Of a stretch of 64,000 bases of DNA, positions 24,331 to 38,000 are shown in pieces. This DNA is from the human T2T-CHM13v2.0 reference genome, Homo sapiens. The stretch lies in the NCBI RefSeq assembly GCF_009914755.1, contig NC_060931.1; one strand, 5' to 3'. How positions within the stretch are numbered: the stretch's first letter is position 1; each line of letters opens with the position of its first letter. Both the position numbers and the translations under genes were made by a program. Under the pieces are notes generated by a model that was given only the letters and a program-made list of their open reading frames with translations, did not search any database and had not been told where the DNA came from.

Positions 24331-25254
24331 ATATGTATATATGGGAGACTATAATTTTGATAACAGAGGAGGATCTAAGGCTCTTGGGAAGAGATTCATG
24401 GAAGGTTCTAGAAAGTAAAGTGAGATAAATTGTGGACTCCACATTGTGAGGTCCAAATTATGAATATGGCCCAACCCTTGAATCACCCAAGGGGGCCCAT
24501 AATTAACTTCAAAGAAAGAGGCCTCATGTTTATTTCCTTTTCCCCAGCACATCTTCAACCCAGTTTAGGTGCAAAAAATCACTAAAAAAGAAATTAGTGT
24601 TGAAGGTCTGAATTTTGGGGGGCAGACTTTTATTGTAGATTCAGTCCTTCAAGACCTTCCAATCTCAATTGGCCTCTGGGGTTGAGATGGATGTACCCTT
24701 TTCCTACAGAAAATCTGGAACATCCTGACTTCCTTGTTCTAGCAACTTAAGTGTGAAGCTGGGGCACTCACATTATTAAGCCATGATACACTTACCACCC
24801 TGGAGAGGATGAGCAAATGCTGTTTGAGTATTTCACACATGCTCAGTTGTTACAGCAATTGCCTTTTATTGTAGGTGTGGTCGTTTCCAGAAGGCTACAA
24901 AACACTGTGAGCCAGGATCTCAGCTTATGTCAGGAAATAAATCAGGCTGCTGTGGGACAGGAGTTGTCACCAGCTATACAAGAATCTAAAAATACAGGGG
25001 CCAGATTGTCAACCCATGCAACTCTAGGGGAATTCCCTGTACCAAAGCTGTATATAATTCATTTACCTGAACAAGAAATCCCAGTAGACGCTGTGCCCAG
25101 ATGCTCTGATGCCTATAGGAAGGTTTCTAGATTTGACACCTATTATCCCTGAAAACAACGAAAGAATGGGAGACTGAATCGAGTTTCCTAATATTAATTA
25201 AAGTTGTAATTCTGAACATATTGTCTAAATTCAGTGTTAAGCAATATATCATAT

Positions 25255-25460
25255 TAAGAACACAGATTCTTTGCATCGTGAAATTCTGACTCCTCCACTT
25301 ATTCGTGGCAGGTTATTTAACTCTCTTGTGCCCTAGTTCTTTCATCTGGAAGGTGGGAAACCTCATTGGTTTGCTGGGAGGATTCAGCGAGTTGATATAT
25401 TTAAAGGCTTACAACAGTGTTGACATATAGCAAGCTCTATGTACCCTGGTTAGCTCCTTA
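25255..25460 (+). mobile_element. MIR
   Basis: AAATTCTGACTCCTCCACTTA..GGCAGGTTATTTAACTCTCTTGTGCCCTAGTTCTTTCATCTG..GGGAGGATTCAGCGAG. Confidence 0.65.
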
Positions 25461-26594
25461 TGATCTGATAGGTGGATATATACCCACAGTGAATTTGGAA
25501 TTGGGTCATAAACAAAAATTAATGTTTCCTGGAGATTGGTCTTAATGTTACCTCAGAATCCACTTTACTGACTTTTCCTTCTTTTGTTCATGTTATTCAC
25601 TCCCTCCTCCAGTCCTCTCCATCAAGTATAGGAATAATTGAAGCTACATAGAACTTTTTAAAACTTTTATGCATTTTTGTGCATGTGGGAAATCAAAGAT
25701 AAGAGTGAAATAGTGTCTCCAAATTTCTGACAGATACTAATCTCTGGAATATAAGAACAAGAAATCAGAACTCCCAGTAATTCTTGAGAATTCTCCAATG
25801 CATGTTATTCTAAAATAGTCCATCATTGATCATATTCTTTACTCATTATCACAGATATCTTTAAAAGGTTATTTGGTAAATAAGAAATGTTAAGTTTGTA
25901 AGTAATATTGTTTGTAACTATCAAAGTACAAAAACTTTGATAGTTTGTGTACTTTGGTACAAGAACTGTAGTGTATACAGAATATTCAAACACTGGCAAA
26001 AACTGTGATCATTATTAGGTGGGATGCGCAAAACATAACATTCAGACCTCCTGGCAAGGTTAACGGCACTACACAGAACCACACATCAAAACTGCCAATT
26101 TAAGATCTTAGTTCACTTTCAAACTTGTAATTTCTTGGATTTCTTATTTCATAAGATTTGAATAAAGTATGCTATTCCTATAAATTTATACTTAGCAGCA
26201 GACAGGGCCACCATCACAGGCATGTAACAGCTAGAAGCAAGACTGATGGTTAGATCATGTTGATTCTTTTCATTGATACCATGTCCCAGTTTCTAAAGTA
26301 TCCACCTTAACCTTCTACTTTCTCTATCAGTGTTTTCTTTTCTAGTTTTTGACTCAAAGCCAGATTCCTTCAACCCAATTACATATGTTGATTGTTATGC
26401 TGTAATGCTTAAAGGAGGAGTTATGATACTTTTATTCATTTTCCCAATTTCTCAATTGATTTTTCTCAAGATTCAACATTTAGAAAAACAAATTTCCCAA
26501 TAAAATCCAGAAAGGAATTCCCAAGTGGAAATTCAAGAATGGACTTGACTGGAAGGACAAAACAACAAACCGTTCATAGAGGAAGGGTGTCCAC

Positions 26595-26865
26595 AGAGGG
26601 CGACTTACCAGAAAGCTAATTAAAGCTGAAGCTGTGGGCCCCTGACTTGCTCCAACCCTTTCTGAGGACCTGGGAAGGGACCCTAAAATATGTGCACATG
26701 GTCAAAATGTTTTGTACCAAAAATATGTACAACTATTATATATCGATACAAAATTTTAAAAAATCGTACTACTTCAAAAGTAAAAATTTGTTTTGGTATT
26801 CTTTCATTAAAGATGGCTCTCTAATTATACGACTTTCAACTCCACAATATCTGAATCCATTCCTG
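26595..26865. mobile_element. ORSL-like hAT-Tip100 element
   Basis: GAAAGCTAATTAAAGCTGAAGCTGTGGGCCCCTGACTTGC..GGGACCCTA..CACATGGTCA..TCTGAATCCATTCCTG resembles recalled ORSL consensus. Confidence 0.5.
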
Positions 26866-27049
26866 GATGCCATGGGGAGGCAGCTATAACACCAATACCA
26901 AAAAGATTAGCTTTGTTACATGGAGCCTGGTGAAATAGGATAATATAGTCCATGCTCCATAAACTCAGTTGCATACAAAAACAAGGAAGTGTAGAGTGTG
27001 AGGCAGCAGGGAGAGGTGGGGCCTGTGGTGACTGTCACAGGACATTCCC

Positions 27050-27280
27050 TTCTGAGGGGATCTGCCACCTACTCCACTCTAGCTAATTGATACCATATGA
27101 CAATGAGGCCCCAGTTAAGTCAGATCATCCAATTATTCAAGAGGATCTAGAAATCTTAATTTGTACATGAATCTCCCAGTTTCTGAATCTTAGCAACTAA
27201 TTAAACATGTTTTAGATACTGTACTGGCCAAACAAAACGTGTCAGTGAAACATGGTGTTCTACAAATTGGCTGCTGGCTC
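27050..27280. mobile_element. MER103C-like hAT-Charlie fragment
   Basis: TTCAAGAG..AGAAATC..GAATCTCCCAGTTTCTGAATCTTAGCAACTAATT..TACTGGCCAAACAAAAC. Confidence 0.55.
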
Positions 27281-27571
27281 ACAATCGTTAAATACCTGAT
27301 CTCTTTGAGATCTCATAGCCCCAAGAGTAAGTCCATTCGCTCCAAATAGCTAGCCTGAGGCCCATCCTTCTCCACTCCAGAGCCCATCCTGAGGCTTTGC
27401 CCTCCCATAGGGGCATCTTCCATTTCCTGTCTATAACCCATCAAAACCTGATTCCATCAGTGGTCCCTCATTTCCCCAAAATGATAGAAGAGATGCTACC
27501 TAACTAAAAAAGTGGGTTACAAATGAGAGTGCTTTTTAGAATGATTCACATCTTAAAAGAGAACGCTTATA

Positions 27572-27979
<408 letters not shown>

Positions 27980-30900
27980 TTAGGAGTCAAGAATCTTCTT
28001 GGATCTCCTAAATTTCATCAGCATCTAATACACGCTAAGGAGCAGGGATAGCTCCGCCTCATTCATTCATTATTTTATTCATTAAGAAAATGGGGTTTAG
28101 TTTATACTATGTGCTAGGCACAGAGATGGGTCACAGGGGCAAAGGACACACAGGCCTAGTAAGAGCCATGTCTTCAAGGTTAGCACAAACGTGTTAAAGA
28201 AAACAGACAAGCAATTGGGCCGTTATATTGCACTGCCTCAGAGTCTAAGACTGACACTCTTCAGAGGGGACTATAGACCAATGTCCCGTCCTTTCTAGTT
28301 CCCCCTCCTTCCTTTCTGCCACCCTGTAGGTCTTCACTCACTCCAGGCCCTGCCTCCCCCTATTCTTAACTCTCAGGTGTGATAGAGCTTCCTAACCCCA
28401 TGACTGGCCTCTCTGCACAACCTGGTTTCTACCAGGACAGTGAATTTAGCAACTGGGTACCACTGGCCCACTCTTGTCTCTAAATGCCTTTGGTTTTCTC
28501 ACCTGCAAACTGTGACTTATGCTGTTCCTCCAACCAGTAATGTCATTGGCTTGTTCCTTTGCCATCGCTCTTGTGCTGTTCTGCTTTCCTGTTAAGTTAG
28601 TTGATTCTATTTCTACTTTTGTTATCAATCCACAAGGTCCAGAGTCATGTCTTTTTAATCTGCGCATTCCCCAGAGTGTTTGTGGGTTTGTGGTTTTGGT
28701 GCTCAATAAATGTTGATGTAAGTGTAATATCCCACCTTTCAATCTGTTTGTAGAAATCCTAACTATCATTTGAGGACTAAGTAAAGTGCTGTCTTTGTCG
28801 GGCAGCCTTCTCTGATCACCTCAGCCTCAGAGAATGGTCTCTTCTTGTTTGGAATATCTAGAGTTTTGGGTTTTAACTGCTGTCACTGCCCTCCTCACAC
28901 AGGGCTTTGTACTGTAAGCACTGTGTACACATGTCTCAGTTCTACTAGAATAATTTTTCTGAGGGTAGGTGGAGTTTCTTCAGATCTTGCCATGTCCCAT
29001 AGTAAATAGCATGTGGCATTGCCCGTAGTTGGATTTCAACGTGTGTGAACTGAATTAGTGTGACTGAACAAATGAATGAACTGAGTAAATGAATAGGGCA
29101 GGTTTTGAGGAGGTAGTCAGACCCTAACTGATTCTGCCCAACTACCCCCTTCATTTATGCTTAGATTTCAGAGTTTGATACATAGTTTACATGGGTGTTT
29201 TTATGTCTCATAGGCACCTATAAAAATAATGATTGTCATTCATTTAATTTCCCAAGTAATCAAGAACCACAAGTCCTTTTGTGTCAAATCCTTATTGAAG
29301 AATGTCTTTATGATAACAGGTAGAAGAAGTTCATTATGATGTCCAGATCATTATACAGTCTATACAATATTAACTCTTAAATAGCTATGAAGGTGCTTAA
29401 GACTCTTCACTTTTACTGAGTTGAAACCAGGTAGCTGTACTTTTTACATTACGTCTGTAACATTTTTCTCTCTCTTCTCTTACATGTTGCTATTACTACT
29501 TCCAGTAGCCTTCTCCCTTCGTCTCTCATCAATTTAGCTTATTTAATCAACAATTGTTTGTTGACCATCTATTATGTGTCTTTAAATCTGCTATGGACCT
29601 GAAAAGCAGACATCTCAGTTTGTTCGAGTAGCATTGAAAAAATAAATTTGAGTGCAGAATCATGTATTAGTAAAACAACCACACTTCAGTGCATGGATTT
29701 TGGAAACTCTATTTTGGATTCAGAGTGAGGAAGTAGATATCTCACTCTCAGCTATATTCCAGAGAACAAAGACAGTTGAATAATTAACTAGGGGATGAGT
29801 ACCATATGACTGGACTGATAGTCTCTAAAACAGATTTGATAGCCAAGGAGATGAAAGGATTGACTGCATTCCTCAGAGAAACCAAGTTGCATCCTGACTT
29901 CTCTCCTCTTGATTTTGCCATTAAAACATGTTATCTCCTCATAATAAATCACTGGAGAGGTTGTTAGAATAGTGGAGGAAAACAAGGGAGAGTGGTATTG
30001 AGGAAAGAATAAGAAAACCATGAAACCATACTTTGCAAAGACTAATAATATGATATAGTCGAGAAATTAACAGGGTTGTTTTTTGGTTTTCTTCCTTTCT
30101 GGCAAGAAAAAAAAAAGAGTGGCCAGTTACACAATATTTCTCATGAATATTTTCATAGCCACAGAATAGACAATGTAATACTGTCAACAGTAATGGATTA
30201 CAGATCTATCTAAAATATAACAATAGCTCACAAATCAGTGTTTAGGGCAATAAACAGCTGCATCATTAATTTCTACCTCAGATTCATGAGTGATTACACT
30301 TTGTATCTCTAAAAGTCCATAGACTAACTATTGGAAATGAAAATAATGTGCCATTGATTTGAGCAGCCTTTTAGAATACAGGAATAATGATCTGAGGGAT
30401 TTTTAATTATCTAAACTCCACCAAGAGCCCTTGAGAGCTTTTCAAAAAAAAGAACATGAGCCAATATGTAAAAGGTGCCTGAGAAAATGTGATGTGCTTT
30501 GGACGAATTTAGATTCTATAGCAAAGAGGCTAACATAATGCAGAGAATTGAGTCCGTTGTGCCTCAGAGGAGACTGGGCAGAGAAACTTTCAAGAAAGAC
30601 AGATGAATACCCCGTACAGGAATTTTTATACTGGAGTAAATAGTATGCAGCCATCTTGGTGGTTACAATTTTACTATCTGCATATGCCTGAGGACTGTTG
30701 CAAGTCATAAACACATGCCAAATGACATCAGAGACAAGTGTGGGCATTGGCTGCCTTTTCACCTTGTATCCATCTGTGTGTTAAATAGCTGATGAGATGG
30801 GCTTTTTTTTCCACCTTGCACCTATAAGCCAAAGTCATTGTCCTGTCAGTGTATAATGCTTTTATATTTTGGAGTGCTAGCCACGGAATTTTTCCGCTGC

Positions 30901-32256
30901 ATAATGGATTGGCAGCTGCATCCATAGTCCGACTTAATGTGTACAGGAGGGGAGAAAGAAAGGAAATTGGGTCCAAGACAAAGGAAAGTGAAGACGACGT
31001 TTTCTATTTGGAATGCTGGGCCTGAGCCCCTCTCAGTGAAGAGCTTCTTAGGCTGTCCTGGACAAGCTATTTGGTTTCTCCTCCAATGATTTCAGAGCCC
31101 CAAGGCTCATCAAAATGGCAAATATTTTTCAATGAGTCTGTCACCCCTCAAATTTCTGAAAAGCTGAGCCCTGGAGAAAACTGATATGATGCACACCTAC
31201 CCTTAGCTCCACTTGCAGTGTTTCCTAAGCCCACTTTTGTCTGGTTTCTAATCTATCAGGTAATAATGTTAATCTGATATTTCTGAAGTGCTTCATGGTG
31301 TTTGTCTATGAAAGGGGCTGTGGAAAACCAGAATGATGGATTGGCCATGGATTTGACAGGAATTCAAATCTGAAAAACAAGCCTACTTATCTGAAGGTGC
31401 CAAATAACCATCATATGTTTCCCTAAAATGAGAGCAATACATAAAATTCTTGTAAGATGGGGACACTAATTTCCATGTTTGCTACACCATTTTAGCAGTC
31501 CCATAAACCTGTAGTAGCTTTAACAGAAATATGGCTGGATGAGGCATATTTTATTCTTCAGTATGCAAGCCTAATGAATAGAAACTTTAACACAGTCTTA
31601 AATAGTCCCTGCATCCAAACTTGGTTAAGTATTTTTAAAACACATACAGTTTATGCTCTACCTTTAATATTTGGGAGGGATAATCTAGTATTTGGTTATG
31701 TTTTATAGGATCAGGACTAGTGTGAGAAGACAAACTGCAAATCTTAGAATGAAGGCTTCTGCCCAAAGTATGGCCCAACCTTATGGATTTAAAAGAAAGT
31801 CACCGAAATCAGCATAGCTCCTTATTTTGCCAAACATGATAATTTTACAGAAGCAGCCTCTTATTCTCTCTCCCCCATCCATCAACTTCCGATGATGGTC
31901 CCCACCCTGAGTCTTTGGTAAATCCATCCTGTGAGTACTCCATGGGGCCTACGTTAAAGGTGAGAATTTTAAGTTCTTTTTCCTCTCACAAATGAAACTG
32001 GTGAATTGAGCTAAACAGTGTCCTATATTAAGCTAAATTCTACGTAAGCAAAGCTTAAGCATATATGCTTACGTATATAGAAGAAAAGTATATTTTATCC
32101 TACTGAATTTTTAAAATAAGCTGTTCCTAATATGAAACTAATATACCACATACCAAAAAAAAAAATAGAATATTCAAATAAACAAAAGGACAAAATGGAA
32201 AGATAATCACATTTAACCTTTGGTGTCCATCTTTTGAGATTTATACTTACATAACA

Positions 32257-32402
32257 CAGCCGTTCCTCAGTATCCTCTGGGGCTGGTTCCAGGGCCCCCA
32301 CAGATTTTGTGGGTTCTCTATTCTGTTCCATTTTTCAAATATTTTTGGTCTGTAGTTAGTTGTATCTGCGGACACAGAAACCACAAATATGGAGGCTGAC
32401 TG
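32257..32402. mobile_element. MER2-like Tigger MITE, internally deleted
   Basis: TIRs CAGCCGTTCCTCAGTATCC / ATATGGAGGCTGACTG followed by TA. Confidence 0.75.
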
Positions 32403-32484
32403 TATATAATCATAGATAGCTGATTTTTACATATCAGGCTTGAGTATAATGAAATGTACTTAAATATAATTAAAATACATATTT

Positions 32485-32600
32485 TTAGGTAGTGGTAGTG
32501 TTTGCACAACAGTGTGAGTGTACTCAATGCCACTGAACTGTACGCTTAAAAATGGCTAAAATAATAAGTTTCATGTCTGCTTTATCACTATTTTAAAAAC
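32485..32600 (+). mobile_element. L1M 3' end fragment
   Basis: GTAGTGGTAGTGTTTGCACAACAGTGTGAGTGTACTCAATGCCACTGAACTGTACGCTTAAAAATGG. Confidence 0.75.
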
Positions 32601-32782
32601 ACACATTTTTAAAATAAAATGAGATGCTAAAGAACATGCTCCTTTGTTATTCCATTCTTATTTTAACCTGATATATTACAAGTACTGTATCTCTCCATGT
32701 CAGCCAATACAATTCAAGAATATCATCTTTAATGGCTATAAAATATTCTGCTTTGTGGGTATGTACTTTAGATTATTTAAAT

Positions 32783-32960
32783 CAGGGATTCTCACTCTGG
32801 CTGCATATTATAGTCACTTGGACAGTTTATAAAATACAGATGATCAGGTCTTACCTCATAAAAGTCTTGTTCAATTGGTCTAGGGAGGGACTTGGGCATC
32901 AGCATTTTTTTAAAACTTCCCAAGTGATTCTAATAGTCAATCAATGATGGCAAACACTGA
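32783..32960. mobile_element. MER5A/MER5B (hAT-Charlie)
   Basis: CAGGGATTCTCACTCTGGCTGCATATT..GGCATCAGCATTTTTTAAAACTTCCCAAGTGATTCTAAT..AAACACTG. Confidence 0.75.
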
Positions 32961-33599
32961 CTTTTTATCTTTTCTTATTAAGAAAAGATACGTAAGAAAA
33001 GATAATTAAAGAAAAGATTATTTTAATTATCTTTTTAATTATTTAATTATTTTAATTATCTTTTCTTAGGTAAGCCATTTTCTGTTTTTTACAATTACAT
33101 ATAACTCTGAAAAGATTAAGTTTAAAAGGATTTTGTAGCATATACCCATAGTTACTTATCTTTTACTGAGTATGATGACCATATACTTTATCTTACAAAC
33201 TAGGACACTTCTGAAAGTGAAAGGAGATATGATTGTTCATTATTCCAAGACAAGATCTGTGCAAACCAGGCTTATCTGTGGCAAATTGGGTCATAGATGA
33301 TTCCACTAGTCAAAACATATAAACTATTAATACATTTGGTAGTTTTTACCTAAGGTCATCCAAAATCAGCATACCAATTACATCCATAGTTTTTGAAAGA
33401 ACCTGTACTCTGAAATCTACAATATTAAAAAGTACATTTCTTTTTAAAAAGTATTTATTGAACAACTACTATATGCCAGCTTGTGCTAGATATGAGGAAT
33501 AATTGTGAGGAGGAAGCAACATATAGTTTCCATTTCATAAATTTACCAGGAATTGTAGACATTATAAAACCGCATGATGCCATAGATATTATCATTTTA

Positions 33600-34560
33600 T
33601 TCAACCTTGATAAATTTATTAGGCAAAAATTGTACTTTCTTGTTTTCCTTTGTATTCATGTGGTCACTCATAAAATTGAACATATTATTATCTGTATTTC
33701 TCCCTTCATGCATTATCCATTCATATCTTTTCCCATTTTGCTATCATATGTTTATAGCTTTTTTCCGTTTATTATTTGATTTTGAAACTTATGGTAGGTT
33801 GTGATAGAAGATTAAAACTATTTCTGACTTTGATACTATAATTCATCTTTAATTCATAATTAATAATTTGGTATAAAAAGAGGTAAGGAACTTGTATTAA
33901 TGATTTCAAGTAATTAAACAATTATTCATTAGCATTTTTTGAAAAAAAAAATTATTATTTGTTTTCCCTGACTAATTTGAAATGCCTTCTTTGGCATGCA
34001 ATAGAATCTCATATATATGCAGATCTGTTTCAGGGATTTCTATTGCATTCCTTTGTGCTTTCTCTCTGTTCTTATAATATTATCTCACCAATTCAATTAT
34101 TTTGTGTCATACTATGGTTTGATCATCTGTGCAAGTCTTCCTACCAGATTCTTCTTTTTAAATACATTATTGGTTACTTTTGCCTTTTCAATTTTTTTTT
34201 TTCAGGTAAATTTTAGAGGCAGGTTGTTGAGTTCTCACAAAAATCCTATTGGAATTTAATTGTTATTTTATAAGATAGATAGATAGATTAGTTTAAGGAG
34301 AATTAACAACTTTACAAGATTGTTGTTCATCCAGGAACTGGATATGTCTGTCCACTTATTCAAATATTCTTCTATATGCTTTATTTTTCAGATTTTTCAG
34401 GTCTTTTCCCACAGGTCCTGCATATTTCTTGTTAGGTTTATTTCTAAATATTTCTTTGTTTGCTTTGCTTTGCATTTATGGGTATGTATATGTATGTGTG
34501 TGTGTAAAGGAAATTTTTTAAGCCCATTTATATTGTCTAAATGGTAGTTTCATCCTACTG
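33600..34560 (-). mobile_element. Highly diverged old L1M (ORF2-region antisense)
   Basis: T-rich tract with L1 antisense hallmarks (AAATCCTATTGGAATTT..GGAGAATTAACAACTTTACAAGATTG..TCTTGTTAGGTTTATTTCTAAATATTT). Confidence 0.6.
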
Positions 34561-34734
34561 ATTTTTTTCCAACTCTATCTGATAGATACTACCATGCTAT
34601 ATAAGACAACAACATATACCAACAACTTGCATAAATAAATCCCTCTAATTTGAGTTACTTTGCTCTATTTTAATTTAAAATATTACATAGTAATGGTCTG
34701 GCTTACTTCAGGCTCAATCCATAGTAATTTGCAC

Positions 34735-36090
34735 CATCCATTCTTTAATTCACCAGATATCATTGAGACCCTTCTATGGCCTCATGCTGAGCCAGGTATA
34801 GAGGTATGATGGTAACGAGTGGGACAAGAGTTATGAACGAGGTATGCACAGGGGATCTAATTTAGCTACAGTCCCAGTTAGGCAAAGTTCCCCTGAGAAC
34901 AATGATACGTAAGCTGAGGCTTGAAGGGTGCACAGGATTTAACCAGGCAAAGAGGAGGAGAAAGAATATTTAGAACACAGACAACAGCAGGGAAGGACTC
35001 TGAGCCTGGGCAGAGTAGGCAGGAGAGTGGCTCTGAGTGGGGCTTGCGTGTTGGCAGGGACCAATGCCACAGGGCATTTGGGACATGCTAAGGCTTTTGT
35101 ATTTTATCTTGGGAGCAGTGAAAAGCAATGAAGGGTTGTGTGAGTCCGTTTTCATGCTGATAAAGACATACCCGAGACTGGGCAATTTATAAAAGAAAGA
35201 GGTTTAATGGACTTACAGTTCCACATGGCTGTGGAAGCCTCACAATCATGGTGAAAGGCAAGGAGGAGCAAGTCATGTTTTACATGGATGACAGCAGGCA
35301 AAGAGAGAGCTTGTGTAGGAAAATTCCGTTTCATTCACTACTAGGAGAACAGCACAGGAACAATCCACCCGCATAATTCAATCACCTCCCACCAGGTTCC
35401 TCCCATGACACGTGGGAATTATGGGAGTTACGATTCAAGACGAGATTGGGGTGGGGACACATCCAAGCCATATCAAGTGTCTAAATAAGGAAGTGACATA
35501 AACATGTCTCCATTTTTGAAAGATAATCTGGATACAGTGTGGTGAATGAACTCTAGAAAAGCAAGAGAATTTGTGCGGTGAATAATAACCAGGTTTTTGG
35601 AGCAGTCTACCTAAACTAACCAGGTCTACCTGAAAGATGACATTATTAGACCAGGGAGGCTATAAGTGAAAACCAAGTTATGGAATAAGGAGGCATCTAG
35701 AAGACAAGAAAAACAGGATTTGCACATTGATTTAATGTGGAATATGAGGGTAAGAGAGAAGTCAAGAAAGACTTGCAGGGTTTGAGGCTTGAGCCTCAAG
35801 TTGCTCAGAAATGCCATCCATGAACTAGGAAATACTAGAGGGCAGATTTGGGGAATAAGGGGAAATTCTAAGTTCCCATTTTGGAAGTTTGGAGGTTAGG
35901 GTGCCTATGAGACATGTAAGTAAACACATAAAGTAAACCATTGTTATATGGAGACGGGACTTATGAGAGAGGTTTGAGTGGAAAATATAAGTTTAGGAAT
36001 CACTAACACATAGATGGTGGTTGGGATAGTACAGCTGAATAAAATTGTCTAAGAGTGAAAATAAGCATTAAAAGGCCTAGATCCTAAGAA
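34735..36090 (-). mobile_element. L2 split by a THE1B LTR
   Basis: L2 antisense pattern (AAGCTGAGGCTTGAAGG..TAACCAGGCAAAGAGG..TTTGAAAGATAATCTGG..GAGGGTAAGAGAGAAGTCAAG..CTATGAGACATGTAAGT). Confidence 0.7.
35137..35475 (-). mobile_element. THE1B-like solo LTR
   Basis: TG..AGTCCGTTTTCATGCTGATAAAGACATACCCGAGACTGGG...GGGGACACA..CCATATCA; TSD AGGGT/AGTGT (4/5). Confidence 0.92.
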
Positions 36091-36879
36091 AGTCTGAAAC
36101 AGTCAGGCTCAAGTTGGGTTAAACAAGAAAGAAATAGATGAAATAATGATTTTAAAATATTTAATGGTATTTGAGAACAAGAAAAGGGAAGGAGGTGAAG
36201 GCTTATATAATTTAATTTGGTGCTCCGTACCCACTATAAAAATCTTAACCATCTTATTACATTCTGATGTGTTCTACTGAAGAGAGCAATTTCTTTGCAA
36301 TTTCCCAACATCCTGCTTTAATATCCCTTGGTGGGACACAATTTCCCAGCCTAAAATGGTGACAGACCCCCTTGCTGAATTAGATGTAAAAGTTCCCCTG
36401 TAGAGCTGAGTTAATGCTCAGAGGCCCTTGAAACGAAGTGGCCCTTCTTCATTTGAAACAGGCTTTGATCTCTCAGACTTGTGTCCTCCCAGGGAAGGGT
36501 GGGGATAGATAGGCTTCTACAGAGTCACCACCATTGGCAGAATTTAGGAACACACCTGTATCAGCCACCTGGTGCCAGACAGGCATTTCATTTTAAAGCA
36601 ACAAGGCACATCATTGAAGTTTAGGGATTAATGTCATTAGCTGGAAATTCTTGTTTAGTGCAATTTGTTAGACTGATACAAGATAATGATGCTTTGGGAT
36701 AGTTTGCAAAAGGATTGGTGGGAAGTAAAATGAGGTTAAACTCAAACTAATAGAGGAAAACAAAATCAAGTGATGAGATTGTGAATAACTAGGAGACACT
36801 TCAGTTTGGAGCCAGCAAGTTTCATAAACACGCCATTAGGTAATTTACTTGATACTAGATGTACCAAGAAAAGATGGTG

Positions 36880-37078
36880 TTTTAGTGGCAGAATTCCAGC
36901 CATCGCAGAGTGGGTTTGAATTCTGGCCTGACCACTTGCTAGACGAATGATCTTGGACAAATTGCTTAGAAAATCTGAATTTGGTCAAGTTTTGACTTCT
37001 TCAGCTGGCAAGGAGAGCTAGATCACCTCACTGGCAGGGAGTCTGTGATGATCAGTTAAATCTCAAGTGCCTACTAAA
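36880..37078 (+). mobile_element. MIR
   Basis: GGGTTTGAATTCTGGCCTGACCACTTGCTAG..GATCTTGGACAAATTGCTTA. Confidence 0.6.
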
Positions 37079-37484
37079 TCCCCTCCATTTCCTCCCCCAC
37101 ATGAAGGCTTAGCTGACCCTGCAATTTTGGCTTTAGACCTAGCCGATGCTCTATGATCCTTCTTTCTCATATAGTACACCTTCACAATTTCCAAAATCAC
37201 AATCCTAGACACATGACAGTTTCTATGGGTGAAAAAAAAAATGTGGCATTGCAGATATAATTTTAAACCCCAGAGCAAAGCTAGATAGTTCAGTCTGAAT
37301 AAAAGGTTAATGGCAAGCTCTGAGAGTCCCCTGGCTGACAGGAGATGCACAGGCAGTTCCAGTAGTTCGCTCTCTTACAAAGATGCCACCGCTCCACCTT
37401 CATTAGAATAGATCATTTTCATTTCATTTCTGATAGTGGTAATATCTGTCTGAGCATTCAACATTCTTGTTCAGCCCACCACTG

Positions 37485-37720
37485 TTTATTAGTTAAGACA
37501 GAGAATCAAGTTGCTATAACAGAGATCCAAAATGCAGGTACATAAACTGTACAGAAGTTGATTTCTATCTTATAAAACTGTTTTAAAGATTAGTCTTCCA
37601 GAACTGGTATGGAAGTTCCACAATTTTGGACACAGACTTTCTTTATGTCACTCTCACATCCTTGGAGTGTTGCCCTTATCTGCACAGTACCACATGGTAT
37701 TAGGCCGTCATGATGTGTAT
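37485..37720 (-). mobile_element. Old MLT1 (J/K-like) LTR fragment
   Basis: TTAGTTAAG..AGTTGCTATAACAGAGATCCAAAATGCAG..AGAAGTTGATTTCT. Confidence 0.45.
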
Positions 37721-37855
37721 GCTGAACTTGACCTCATTTGCAATACACTGCAACTGCCAAATACCAGGGGACCTTCGTCTCTTCCCTAGGCTCTTTCTTG
37801 TGACTTCCTCCAACACATGCGTTTTTATCTTGTTTTCCAAACAGTTCGAATTCTT

Positions 37856-38000
37856 TAATTTTTAATCTTTTTTATTATTTTAAAAACTTTTCTGGGTACA
37901 TGGCAAGTGTATAGATTTCTGTGGTGCATGAGATGTTTTGATACAGGCATGCAATGTGAAATAAGCACATCATGGAGAATAGGGTATCCATCTCCTCTAG
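37856..38000 (-). mobile_element. L1MA/L1PB-like 3' end, heavily 5'-truncated
   Basis: GGGTACATGG..CATGAGATGTTTTGATACAGGCATGCAATGTGAAATAAGCACATCATGGAGAAT.GGGTATCCATC; CAAACAGTT in both flanks (37838, 38001). Confidence 0.85.

Noticed and set aside
24817-25152. 111-aa ORF as a coding exon
   Set aside because: No recognisable homology; the better splice signals are on the opposite strand
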